NCBI GenBank assembly: GCA_965217895.1
Contig: CBDCJV010000002.1
Span: forward strand, 832,001-896,000
Length of the DNA: 64,000 nucleotides
Source: Waterburya sp.
Lineage (GTDB): Bacteria; Cyanobacteriota; Cyanobacteriia; Cyanobacteriales; Xenococcaceae
Direction: 5' to 3'
The notes beneath the pieces are model-generated. The model was not told the origin of the DNA. It saw nothing but the letters and a program-made list of their open reading frames with translations, and ran no database searches. Made by a program: the position numbers and the translations under genes. Of this stretch, positions 41,592 to 51,481 are shown piece by piece. Within the stretch, counting starts at the first letter, position 1. Each line of letters starts with the position of its first letter.

Positions 41592-41981
41592 ATGGGTGGT
41601 TTGCCAACTCGTGGACAATTAGAGAGAAGAATATCCCAAGATATCCAAGCATTTTATCGTCGTTATCTCGGACATCAACCTTCTAAAGTAACTTGTCAAA
41701 TTTTTACTAATAAAATAACTTTGATTCTTGAAAATTCAATCACTAATGCTGAACTAGTTTTAATTGATGAAGGGAAAAATGAGCTAGCTAAAAAAGTTCG
41801 CCTCAATTTAAATGAGGCTATTCAACCAAAACTAAAAGAGTTGATTGAAGAAATAACCGCAGCTAAAGTTGCTGACATATTAAGTGCTGCTACTTTAGAC
41901 ACTGGTCGAACAGCAATTATTTGTATTTTAAGCGATACGCCCAAAGTTCGTAATTTAGACAGTATGTCTAAAATTAAATAG
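41592..41981 (+). CDS. DUF2294 (MpsC-like) protein
   Basis: PTRGQLERRISQDIQAFYRRYLGHQPSKVTC...TGRT pattern. Confidence 0.8.
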   Translation: MGGLPTRGQLERRISQDIQAFYRRYLGHQPSKVTCQIFTNKITLILENSITNAELVLIDEGKNELAKKVRLNLNEAIQPKLKELIEEITAAKVADILSAATLDTGRTAIICILSDTPKVRNLDSMSKIK

Positions 41982-42098
41982 ACCTCCTGTATAAGTCTTC
42001 ACAACTCTGGCTGGGTTAAGTTAAAAGTCACAACTGACTCTCATAAGCTAAGTTTTTAAACTTTATTTGTCTATTTTCAAGACAGTTCTATTAGGCGA

Positions 42099-43694
42099 TT
42101 ACGCTTTACTTAACCTGAGAATCTCATTCACCTTTTCAGGATAGACTGACCTCAGTTGCTTTTCCTGTGCTTGAAATTCGGCTAGCTGTGCTTCAATTTC
42201 ATCTTTGACAATTTGACGATATTCGAGGAAATGCTCATTATGGGCGCACATGGTTAGGTAATGTTCCCAAACTCTAGGATTATGGCGGAAAATACCAAAT
42301 AAATGATGCCAAAACTTCCAGCGAGTATTTCGTTTAACGCCCTGTCGCCAAATAACAATACCTAAAGCGCGAATGTCCACCCAATTGGGCATAGTAAAGG
42401 ATGTTTCGTGTTGAGGTGAGCCTAGCTTGAGGAAACAGCGATATACACGGTCTAGGTATGTTTTTGGTTCGTAAAGCGTCCAAAATGCCAGAATGTACTC
42501 TTGGGCAATTTCTTCAATGGGGCGAGTCGGCATAAAGTTCATCAAGGTAGTTTGGTTGATGTCTTGCTGCTTACTATCTCGCAAACGATTTTCTTGTTCC
42601 AAACGCGCCCATAAAGCAGTTAAGGGCAAAGCCTGCAACATCCCAAACATAGCCGTGGGAATAGCTGCTTCCTCTACAAAATTAATAATTCTTTGACCTG
42701 CACCTGTTTTCTCGCCATCAAAACCGATAATAAATCCCGCCATCGGACGAAGCCCCGCCCTAATCATGGTATCGACAGTTTCTGCTAAAGAAGTACGGGT
42801 ATTTTGGAATTTTTTGGTTAGCTGCAAGCTTGTTTCATCAGGAGTTTCAATTCCTAAAAAGACAGCATTAAAATTACACTGCACCATCAATTCCATCAGT
42901 TCAGCGTCAGCAGCTAAATCTACCGAAGCCTCGGTATTAAAATCAAAAGGATATTGATGTTTCTCTTGCCAGACTTTCAATTCTTTGAGAAACAGCTTAA
43001 CATTACGTTTATTGCCAATAAAGTTATCGTCTACCATAAATACTGAACGTCGCCAGCCTAATTCATAGAGGTGATCTAATTCTCGTAACAGCTGTGCTGG
43101 TTCTTTGGTACGGGGTTTGCGACCATAGAGAACAATAATATCGCAGAACTCGCACTGAAACGGGCAACCACGGGAAAACTGTACCGACATAGAGTCATAA
43201 GCATCAAGCTCTAGCAAATCGTAGCGAGGGACAGGAGTGGTAGTCACATCAGGCTTTTCAGCAGCGCGGAAGACACCGCTGATTTCACCTTTGGCTATAG
43301 CTTCGACAAACATCGGCAAAGTTAACTCTCCCTCATCTAAAATGAGAAAATCTGCTCCTGCTGCCTTTGATTCATCAGGTAAAGAAGTTGAATAGGGACC
43401 ACCTACAGCTACTAATTTCCCCCGTCTTTTTGCCTCTTGAATTTGCTTTAGCAGGTCTTGCTTTTGGACAATCATGGCGGAGAAAATTACTAATTCTGCC
43501 CAATCCCATTCTGCTTCGGTAACTTCTCTGATGTTACGGTCTACTAGCTTAAATTCCCATTCTTGGGGCAATATAGCAGCAACGGTAAGCATTCCTAAAG
43601 GCGGTAACAACACTTTGCGATTAACTAGTTCTAAAATTTTGTCATAAGACCAAAAAGTCTTAGGAAAAACAGGATAAATTAATAAAGTTCGCAT
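42099..43694 (-). CDS. B12-binding radical SAM protein (DUF4070-type C-terminus)
   Basis: PPLGMLTVAA, SRGCPFQCEFCD, VDDNFIGN. Confidence 0.92.
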   Translation of the reverse strand: MRTLLIYPVFPKTFWSYDKILELVNRKVLLPPLGMLTVAAILPQEWEFKLVDRNIREVTEAEWDWAELVIFSAMIVQKQDLLKQIQEAKRRGKLVAVGGPYSTSLPDESKAAGADFLILDEGELTLPMFVEAIAKGEISGVFRAAEKPDVTTTPVPRYDLLELDAYDSMSVQFSRGCPFQCEFCDIIVLYGRKPRTKEPAQLLRELDHLYELGWRRSVFMVDDNFIGNKRNVKLFLKELKVWQEKHQYPFDFNTEASVDLAADAELMELMVQCNFNAVFLGIETPDETSLQLTKKFQNTRTSLAETVDTMIRAGLRPMAGFIIGFDGEKTGAGQRIINFVEEAAIPTAMFGMLQALPLTALWARLEQENRLRDSKQQDINQTTLMNFMPTRPIEEIAQEYILAFWTLYEPKTYLDRVYRCFLKLGSPQHETSFTMPNWVDIRALGIVIWRQGVKRNTRWKFWHHLFGIFRHNPRVWEHYLTMCAHNEHFLEYRQIVKDEIEAQLAEFQAQEKQLRSVYPEKVNEILRLSKA

Positions 43695-44038
43695 TTTTGA
43701 TAAATTATCTTATATTAAGAAACGTAATCTATCTGAGGGTAACTTAATCTTGGTAAGTTTTAGAATTAAGATTTTAGCAAGTAGCAAGGATTTAACTAAT
43801 CAACAAAAAGTTTTAGAGTGGGCAAATATTAAAAATGACTGCTAAATGAGCGACGCGATCGCTAGAAAATAAGTCTGTCAAAGAGCTTACCGATTTTTTG
43901 ATATGTATTCCCGACAAAAAACCCGAACATATTTGTGGTGTTCGTTCAATGGATCGAAGAAAAGAATTAGAGATATGCTGAATTGTTAACTGATGAATGG
44001 CGAAGTAAGTAAGGCAAATAACCGCTTGTCCTGAAGCA

Positions 44039-45379
44039 ATGGCAAAATCTAAAACTAAAAATGTCTCCGCAAAACAATTAACGGCTGCTCAAAGGCAAGC
44101 TTTAACTCAATTAAAATTATTTGTTAAAAGTGACGAAAGATGCGACGCGATGCGACCCCGCATTTTTCGCCTGAGTGGATATGCAGGGACAGGTAAAAGC
44201 TTTCTGATCTGTCATTTTATCGAGTGGCTTCGAGCAAATAACTTAGAATTGGTAGCAGCAGCACCAACAAACAAAGCAGCTAAAAGCCTAATGCAGGTGG
44301 CAGTGTCGATGGGCCTTAATATCGAGGTAAAAACTATTGCCCAATTATTAGGTCAGCAGCCAGAGATTAATGAAGAAACTGGCTTAGAAGAGTTTACTTC
44401 GATGGGGGAAGCAGAATTTGACCATTATGAAGTGGTGATCATCGATGAATTTTCGATGATTAATCGCAGTAACTTTGAAGAAATAGTCAAGGCGATCGCT
44501 TTAACTATAGATACTAAAGTGGTGTTTGTAGGAGATGAATCACAATTACCGCCAGTAAAAGAAAACGAGCCTGTAGTTGCTGTTTCCAACCAGATTGACA
44601 GTACATTTACCCTCAACGAAATTGTCCGTTATGAGGGTGAAATAGCCGTAGTTGCCGAGCAGATCCGCAGTGATGCTCAATATAATCGCCTTATTTATCC
44701 TTTTCAAAGCAGCGAGGATCGAACAATTGTCTGTCAGCCAAGAAAGCAATGGTTAGAAACGGTAGTTGAATATTTTCAGTCTGATGGTTATAAAATTAAC
44801 CCTGATTACGCCAGATTGCTAGTTTGGCGCAATAAAACAGCAAAATCTGCCAATAAATTCGTGCGATCGCGCTTGTGGGGTCAAGATGCACCGCTTTATG
44901 TACCAGGAGATAGATTAATCGCCAAAAAACCTCTATTTCGCTCTCGTCCTGGGCAAAAAGGTAAAAATAAGTGGAGTGTGCTAATTAATAATTCTGAGGA
45001 ATGTTCTGTCATTGAATCTGCATCAATTAAGCAGCTTTCTTTTGACAGGGTAGCTTATCAATATTGGTCAGTACCAGTCATAACTGATGCTGGGTTTGAA
45101 GTGAATTTATCTATCTTAACCGAGGAAGGAGAACAGCTAAAAAATGAACAGGCTAAATATTACGTAGAAAAAAAGCAGTGGAACAAATATTTTGATCTAT
45201 CACGGATGTTTGATGATGTTACCTACGCCTATGCCTTGACCGTACATAAAGCTCAAGGCTCTAGTATTGATTATGTCTTTTTGGACACCGAAGACATGAA
45301 AAATTGTCCAGATTTACAGAAGATGCTTTATACTGCTTTGACTCGTGCCAAGGTAAGAGCCTTTATTCCCGTAGATTAA
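44039..45379 (+). CDS. SF1B Dda/RecD-like DNA helicase
   Basis: GYAGTGKS, AAPTNKAA, IIDEFSM, GDESQLPPV, YALTVHKAQGSS, YTALTRAK. Confidence 0.92.
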   Translation: MAKSKTKNVSAKQLTAAQRQALTQLKLFVKSDERCDAMRPRIFRLSGYAGTGKSFLICHFIEWLRANNLELVAAAPTNKAAKSLMQVAVSMGLNIEVKTIAQLLGQQPEINEETGLEEFTSMGEAEFDHYEVVIIDEFSMINRSNFEEIVKAIALTIDTKVVFVGDESQLPPVKENEPVVAVSNQIDSTFTLNEIVRYEGEIAVVAEQIRSDAQYNRLIYPFQSSEDRTIVCQPRKQWLETVVEYFQSDGYKINPDYARLLVWRNKTAKSANKFVRSRLWGQDAPLYVPGDRLIAKKPLFRSRPGQKGKNKWSVLINNSEECSVIESASIKQLSFDRVAYQYWSVPVITDAGFEVNLSILTEEGEQLKNEQAKYYVEKKQWNKYFDLSRMFDDVTYAYALTVHKAQGSSIDYVFLDTEDMKNCPDLQKMLYTALTRAKVRAFIPVD

Positions 45380-45384
45380 TATAT

Positions 45385-45816
45385 TCATTGTTCAGATGAA
45401 GATGTAAACATAGCGAATAACTCTTCCCCTGTCATGTTCTTAGTTTCATTAGCGAAAGAGTAATACTCAGGTTTCTCTTCAATAAAAACCTGAAGATCGA
45501 AAACCAGATTTTCATCATTATCGAAAATTCCCACTGGTATGTAGTAATGATTATTGTCTTTTAATCTATAAAAGAGATGGCTACCACACTGGTTACAGAA
45601 TCCACGCTCTGCCCATTCTGAAGATTGATAAACTCCGATATTTTCTTCGCCAGAAAAACTAACGTCACTCTCACACTCAACTCCTAATAAAGCTCCTCCA
45701 CCCCATTTACGACACATACTACAATGACACGCTGCTACATGAGGATTCATGGTGGTTGTAGAAATCTCTACCGCCCTACATAGACAACTACCTTTTGCCG
45801 TACTCAATTTAGACAT
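45385..45816 (-). CDS. GFA/CENP-V family zinc-binding protein
   Basis: GSCLC, ACHCSMCRK, RGFCNQCGSHL. Confidence 0.9.
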   Translation of the reverse strand: MSKLSTAKGSCLCRAVEISTTTMNPHVAACHCSMCRKWGGGALLGVECESDVSFSGEENIGVYQSSEWAERGFCNQCGSHLFYRLKDNNHYYIPVGIFDNDENLVFDLQVFIEEKPEYYSFANETKNMTGEELFAMFTSSSEQ

Positions 45817-46000
45817 ATTATTTTCTCGCTTGAATCTTGAATAGAGTGAGATCATTTTTAGTATTTTATCTTTAATCGTCTATTATGAGGCTGTGCGATC
45901 GCTTTAATCTCTGCATGAGATCACAGAAATAAGTTTTAGCTTGAGTTAGCTTTGAACAACAAATATAAAGTTTGAATAAAGCAAATATCAAGGTTTAACC

Positions 46001-46174
46001 ATGAATAATTTAACTGTTCTACAATTTTGTCAGCTAGAAACTTTAAAAACCGATCTTGATTTCTTAATTAATTCTGAATGTGAATGTCAAGAAAGAATTG
46101 AAGGTAATTTGACAGTGCTTGAACTCAAAGATGCTGAAGGGAAAATAGTTCAAGAATTAATTTTAGTAGTTTAA
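46001..46174 (+). CDS. Small hypothetical protein, 57 aa (not in the ORF track)
   Basis: ATG preceded by aagg; MNNLTVLQFCQLETLK...VQELILVV; fills an intergenic gap. Confidence 0.4.
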   Translation: MNNLTVLQFCQLETLKTDLDFLINSECECQERIEGNLTVLELKDAEGKIVQELILVV

Positions 46175-46212
46175 ACTAAGGCTTTTTATCATCATCCTTT
46201 TCCCAAGATTGT

Positions 46213-46764
46213 TTATTTTAATCCTAGCTTCTTACGTAGTTCTGTTGCACCCATAAATAGCAATGGTGTAACAATGAAGCCTGTAATAATCAAGTGCAAA
46301 GGAAAGTGAAAATAAAAATACCAGAGAATCAAAACTCCATAGGTAGAATCCATATGATCGATAAAATAAAATATTCTACTGCTTTCATCTCCAGGAGGTA
46401 TTTCTAAGCGACGCTTGACAAAAGAATTAGGTAATTCTGATAAGTTAAAAACAAATCCTACTAATAAGCCAAACTCTAAAAGATTAAGATTAGAAAATAA
46501 GATTGCTGATTGGGGTAAATTAGGAGTGAAAATTTCAATGGTATTTAATAAATAAACGCTAGCTACCATTGCTATGGGTAAACTAATCAATCCTCGCCAC
46601 TTTTTGTTTGCCCCAAACCATTGTGTTTGAATAGGAATATTTAACATTTGAAATAAACTAGTTTGCCATAAAAAAGATTCAATAACGCCAGCAAAAAATA
46701 GGCTAAGAGCCAGCCAGAGTAAATTTAGAGTATCTAGAATAAAAATTTGCGTCCAGCCCATCAT
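46213..46764 (-). CDS. CDP-archaeol synthase (CarS/DUF46)-like cytidylyltransferase
   Basis: FGANKKWRGL, SELPNSFVKRRLEIPPG and IDHMDS resemble CarS-family motifs; multi-pass membrane protein. Confidence 0.75.
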   Translation of the reverse strand: MMGWTQIFILDTLNLLWLALSLFFAGVIESFLWQTSLFQMLNIPIQTQWFGANKKWRGLISLPIAMVASVYLLNTIEIFTPNLPQSAILFSNLNLLEFGLLVGFVFNLSELPNSFVKRRLEIPPGDESSRIFYFIDHMDSTYGVLILWYFYFHFPLHLIITGFIVTPLLFMGATELRKKLGLK

Positions 46765-46971
46765 ATATTTAAAGAAACAGCTTTTATTTTAATTTGATCG
46801 CCTATAATTGCTTGTTTTTAGCAAATAGAAAAATTGTCAATTACCCACTTTTAATTGTCAATGAATTCTTTACCAAACCTGATTTAATTCATATTCTTAA
46901 GTTAATCTCAATTTTATCTAAAGTGTTTATATTAAATGCGTTGGTTATTTTAAAGAACAGCCTTAACGCTA

Positions 46972-48255
46972 ATGAAAATTGCAATTATTACTTCAGGTTT
47001 CTTGCCAATTATTGACGGAGTAAGCATTAGTGGACTACAAAGATTAACAAGATTAAGTCAGTGGGGACACGAGGTTATCTTGTTTTGTCCAGACTATAGT
47101 AGCTTAGAAGCAGACTATCCTAATTGGCGGGACTACACAGGAAATATTTTACCTGGGGTCAAGGTTGTTAATTTAAACAGCAGTTCCTTTGTGGGTTTAG
47201 ACTATGAACCAAATGTGAGTAAAAAGTCATATCAAACTGTCTTAGAAGAATTAGAGCAGTTTCAACCAGATATAGTTCATGTTGACGAACCTGAAAGACT
47301 CTTTGTTGGTTTTTGGCGAGTTGCGGGGATAGATTATGCAAAACGTGTTGGTGTTCCTTGCGTGAGCTTTTTTCGTACCAATTTCTTAGATTATCTAGAG
47401 GATTATTTTCCTCTACCAAAGCCAATTTCCATTGCCGTCAAATTTTTACTGCAACAGCTAATTGTTTGGGTATATAACTCCTATGATCTCACATTAGTTA
47501 CAAGTAAGATTACCTATCCCAAAGTTATTGAACTAGGTATTAAAAATGCTCAGTATAGCAATTTAGTCGGTTTTGATAGCGATCGCTTTAGTCTTTATTC
47601 ACCTCAAGCAGATTTTTTTAAGTCTAACTATGGGCTAGAAATAGACAAACTAACAAAAGTTATCTTTCTGGGGCGTTTATATCCAGATAAGGACTGGGAT
47701 TTTACCTTAGATGCGTTTACAGCCGTTTCTCAGCAAATTGATTTAAACAAGGTGGCAATAATTGTGGCAGGGGACGGCCCAATGCGTCAAGAAATAACCG
47801 ATAAATTAAGTAAGCTGACTTCTAATTTACACTTACTCGGCAGAGTAGCACCTGAAGATATACCCGCTTTATTAATTAACTGCGATCTCCACGTAACCAC
47901 TTCTGAAAAAGAAACTAGAGGCTTAACGATTTTAGAAGCATTTGCAGCGGGGATTCCTGTAATTGCGCCCAACTCAGGGGGAGTAGTCGAAAATATCCAA
48001 GCTGGTAGTAATGGATTTCTTTACACTCCAGGCGATCGCCTGGACTTTACTAGTAAACTAAAAATTCTCATTGAAAATCCTAGTTTAAGAAAAGAAATGG
48101 GCGATCGCGCTCATGATTCAATTCAAGCATACAGTTGGGAGCAAGCGATTCAAAATTTAGTTAATGTTTGGCAAGAGGCGATCAATAAACAATTATCAAT
48201 GACCAATGAACAATTTACGCCTCAACTAGCAACTAGCCTAGCCGATAGCAAATAA
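46972..48255 (+). CDS. GT4-family glycosyltransferase
   Basis: FLPIIDGV, FLGRL, AGDGPMR, ETRGLTILEAFAAGIPVI. Confidence 0.9.
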   Translation: MKIAIITSGFLPIIDGVSISGLQRLTRLSQWGHEVILFCPDYSSLEADYPNWRDYTGNILPGVKVVNLNSSSFVGLDYEPNVSKKSYQTVLEELEQFQPDIVHVDEPERLFVGFWRVAGIDYAKRVGVPCVSFFRTNFLDYLEDYFPLPKPISIAVKFLLQQLIVWVYNSYDLTLVTSKITYPKVIELGIKNAQYSNLVGFDSDRFSLYSPQADFFKSNYGLEIDKLTKVIFLGRLYPDKDWDFTLDAFTAVSQQIDLNKVAIIVAGDGPMRQEITDKLSKLTSNLHLLGRVAPEDIPALLINCDLHVTTSEKETRGLTILEAFAAGIPVIAPNSGGVVENIQAGSNGFLYTPGDRLDFTSKLKILIENPSLRKEMGDRAHDSIQAYSWEQAIQNLVNVWQEAINKQLSMTNEQFTPQLATSLADSK

Positions 48256-50049
48256 CTAATCACTAAAAAACTGCCCTGCTAAATCGGTAATATCAGTATC
48301 GGCTATTTCGGACTGTTGCCACTGCGCCACTGTATTTAAGCTGCCATCCAAAAACATACTCTGACAAGCGCGACGCTGTATTTTACCGCTAGAAGTTTTA
48401 GGAATGCTGCCCGTTTTTAGTAAAGATACGGCAAATACATTGGCTAGGTTTTGTTCGCCGACTGCCAGACGAATTGCGCCGATGACTTCTTCGGCGTTAA
48501 GATTTCGTAAGTCAGCACGATTTATTTCGTGGGCAATTACTAATTGTTCCTCCCCACCGACTTCTACGCTAAAGGCTGCACCATGATTGGCACGCAAGGC
48601 AGGATGACAAGTTTCGACAGTTTCTTCAATGTGTTGAGGGTAATGATTGCGTCCCCAAAGAATCATCATTTCTTTGATACGCCCTGTTATATATAGTTCC
48701 CCGTCTTTGATAAAGCCAAGATCTCCTGTGCGGAGGTAGGTTTTATCTGGTTTGTCAGCTAAAGTTGCTTGAAAAGTTGCTGCTGTTTGTTCTGGTTTTT
48801 GCCAATATCCTTTGCCAATTCCTACCCCTGCTACCCAAATTTCTCCTACCTGATTACTTTTACACTCAGTTTTTGATTCGGTATTGACAATAATAATTTC
48901 ATCCTCCAACCAAGTATGACCACAGCTAACCACAGCTTTTGAGTTGGGGTGATCTGGCGTTACGGTGACAACTTCGTCTTTAGTTAAAGCTGTTTTATCT
49001 AGATAAGTAACTTTAGGGGATTCTGCTGCATTACCCCCCGTGATAAATAAAGTAGCTTCAGCCATGCCATAACAGGGATAAAAGGCTTCTGGTTTAAAAC
49101 CGCAGGGTTTGTATAACTCGGCAAATTTGGCTAGAGTTTGCGCCCTTACAGGTTCAGCACCAGTGAAAGCTACCTGCCAATGGCTTAAATCTAAACTAGC
49201 TCGTTGTTCTTCCGTAACTTTCTGACACAATAGGTCATAGGCAAAATTTGGGCCACCACTAGTGGTTATCTGGTATTTAGACAACGCCTGTAGCCAAAGA
49301 AAAGGCTTTTGTGCCAGAGCAATAGGAGACATTAGCACCGCAGGTAATCCTGTATATAAAGGCTGCATCACGCCACCAATTAAACCCATGTCATGAAACA
49401 TCGGCAGCCACATCAAAATTTTAGTGCGATCGTGATGTCCGAAAGACTGATAAATAACCTCTGAATTGTGGAGTACATTCCCATGAGTGACCATTACACC
49501 CTTGGGATCTCCTGTTGAACCAGAAGTATATTGTAAAAAAGCTAAGGTATCGCCGTCGATATTTGGTTTTTGCCACTTAGACGCTAAATTTAAATCAACT
49601 TTGTCACTGGCAATCCAGGGTAAAGCTTTTAGCTTTAGTGCCATGCCAGGATGGGCAACTAACTGTCCTTTAACGCGATCGCCAAATTCTTGAGTGGTTA
49701 AAATAATTCCAGCTTGACAATTATCGATCCGATCTTGATACTGACTCAAAGATTTAATATGCTGTCGGGGATAGTCGGTAACGGCGATAACTCCAGCATA
49801 GAGACAACCCAAAAAACTAGCGATAAACTCTAAACCAGAAGTGTAGGGATAAACCAACAAAGCGCGATCGCCTGGTTTAACTTTATCAAGGAGTTGTACA
49901 GCGATCACTCTTGCTTGAAGATCTAATTCTTGGTAAGTACAGCTACCCGATTCTTTCTCTCCATCGGCTAAAAAGGTATAGGCAGTCTGCTTGGGTTGGC
50001 ATACCGATTTATCAAGCAAAACATCTACTATGGTGGAATAATTAACCAT
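48256..50049 (-). CDS. Stand-alone fatty acyl-AMP ligase (FAAL)
   Basis: AFLQYTSGSTGDPKGV, WLPMFHDMGLIG, YPCYGMAEATL, LRTGDLG, IPKTSSGKIQR. Confidence 0.9.
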   Translation of the reverse strand: MVNYSTIVDVLLDKSVCQPKQTAYTFLADGEKESGSCTYQELDLQARVIAVQLLDKVKPGDRALLVYPYTSGLEFIASFLGCLYAGVIAVTDYPRQHIKSLSQYQDRIDNCQAGIILTTQEFGDRVKGQLVAHPGMALKLKALPWIASDKVDLNLASKWQKPNIDGDTLAFLQYTSGSTGDPKGVMVTHGNVLHNSEVIYQSFGHHDRTKILMWLPMFHDMGLIGGVMQPLYTGLPAVLMSPIALAQKPFLWLQALSKYQITTSGGPNFAYDLLCQKVTEEQRASLDLSHWQVAFTGAEPVRAQTLAKFAELYKPCGFKPEAFYPCYGMAEATLFITGGNAAESPKVTYLDKTALTKDEVVTVTPDHPNSKAVVSCGHTWLEDEIIIVNTESKTECKSNQVGEIWVAGVGIGKGYWQKPEQTAATFQATLADKPDKTYLRTGDLGFIKDGELYITGRIKEMMILWGRNHYPQHIEETVETCHPALRANHGAAFSVEVGGEEQLVIAHEINRADLRNLNAEEVIGAIRLAVGEQNLANVFAVSLLKTGSIPKTSSGKIQRRACQSMFLDGSLNTVAQWQQSEIADTDITDLAGQFFSD

Positions 50050-50119
50050 TCGTTTACTATTTTTTAAACAATGACTGTAAGATTTCCTATAATGTAGTCC
50101 AATAATGGAGGAAGGTTAA

Positions 50120-51217
50120 ATGGTGGGGAGCGTAAAAATTGCAATTGTCGGTGTAGGGAACTGTGCTAGTTCACTCATCCAAGGAATTGAATACTATCGA
50201 GACAAACAAGAGACAGATGCGATCGGCTTAATGCACTGGGAAATCGGCGGCTATAAGCCTTACGATCTTCAGGTAGTTGCTGCTTTTGATATTGACCAAC
50301 GTAAGGTAGGAAAGGATGTTGCTGAGGCAATTTTTGCTCCTCCTAACTGTACAACGGTTTTTTGTGAAAACGTCCCCAAAACGGGGGTTACAGTGGAAAT
50401 GGGAGCAGTGTTAGACGGTGTGGCAGATCATATGAAAGATGCTGATGAAAAATACACTTTTGTGATCGGCGATCGCCCAGAACAGTCAAAAGCAGATGTT
50501 GTCAACAGTCTTAAGACATCTGGTGCAGAGGTTTTAGTTAACTATCTTCCCGTTGGTTCACAAGAAGCTGTAGAGTTCTATGCTGAATGTGCCTTGGATG
50601 CAGGAGTAGGCTTTGTTAACTGCATTCCTGTCTTTATTGCCAGCAAGCCATTATGGGCAGATAAATTTAAACATCACAATATTCCGATCATTGGCGATGA
50701 TATTAAATCTCAGTTTGGAGCAACTATTAGCCATCGTACTCTAGTCGATCTTTGTAAAAAGCGCGGAGTTAAGGTTGAGCGTACCTATCAGCTAAATACT
50801 GGCGGTAACACTGACTTTCGCAATATGCTCGATCGCTCTCGCTTAGATTCTAAAAAAGAGTCAAAAACTGAAGCAGTACAGGGAGTAATTGCCAAACGCC
50901 TAGAAGACGAAAATATTCATGTTGGCCCTAGTGACTATGTACCCTGGCAAAAAGATAACAAAGTGGCATTTATCCGCATTGAAGGTAAATTGTTTGGCGA
51001 TGTGCCAATGAACCTGGAGATGAGACTTTCTGTTGAGGATTCTCCCAATTCGGCAGGGGTAGTGATTGATGCTATTCGCTGCTGTAAATTGGGCTTAGAT
51101 CGAGGCGTTGGTGGCGTTTTAACTGCTCCTTCTGCTTATTTCATGAAGCATCCTCCTCAACAGTTTACCGATGACGAAGCTTATCAAATGACAGAAGCGT
51201 ATATCAATGAACAATGA
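50120..51217 (+). CDS. ino1: myo-Inositol-1-phosphate synthase (short bacterial/archaeal type)
   Basis: IVGVGNCASSL, NYLPVGS, GDDIKSQFGAT, QLNTGGNTDF, DSPNSAG. Confidence 0.93.
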   Translation: MVGSVKIAIVGVGNCASSLIQGIEYYRDKQETDAIGLMHWEIGGYKPYDLQVVAAFDIDQRKVGKDVAEAIFAPPNCTTVFCENVPKTGVTVEMGAVLDGVADHMKDADEKYTFVIGDRPEQSKADVVNSLKTSGAEVLVNYLPVGSQEAVEFYAECALDAGVGFVNCIPVFIASKPLWADKFKHHNIPIIGDDIKSQFGATISHRTLVDLCKKRGVKVERTYQLNTGGNTDFRNMLDRSRLDSKKESKTEAVQGVIAKRLEDENIHVGPSDYVPWQKDNKVAFIRIEGKLFGDVPMNLEMRLSVEDSPNSAGVVIDAIRCCKLGLDRGVGGVLTAPSAYFMKHPPQQFTDDEAYQMTEAYINEQ

Positions 51218-51481
51218 ACAAACTCGCGCGTACATGCGGCTTAAGCCTTTGTCTTGCGCCTGTCGGCGACGCGGGGGCGCTCGTCAATTATCAACAAATA
51301 ATTGCTGATCGAGAAAAGTAATAGAATTAGTGATTTTGATCAGTTGCTAACCAATATTAAGAAGCTAGAATTCGCTTAAATAGTGAGTCTAGCTTTTTTT
51401 CTTGAACCTAAATCTTTATCAACTAAAAGCTAAAAGCTAATACTGAAAATAAATCCTGTCTCAAAACCCAAAATTATAAAA

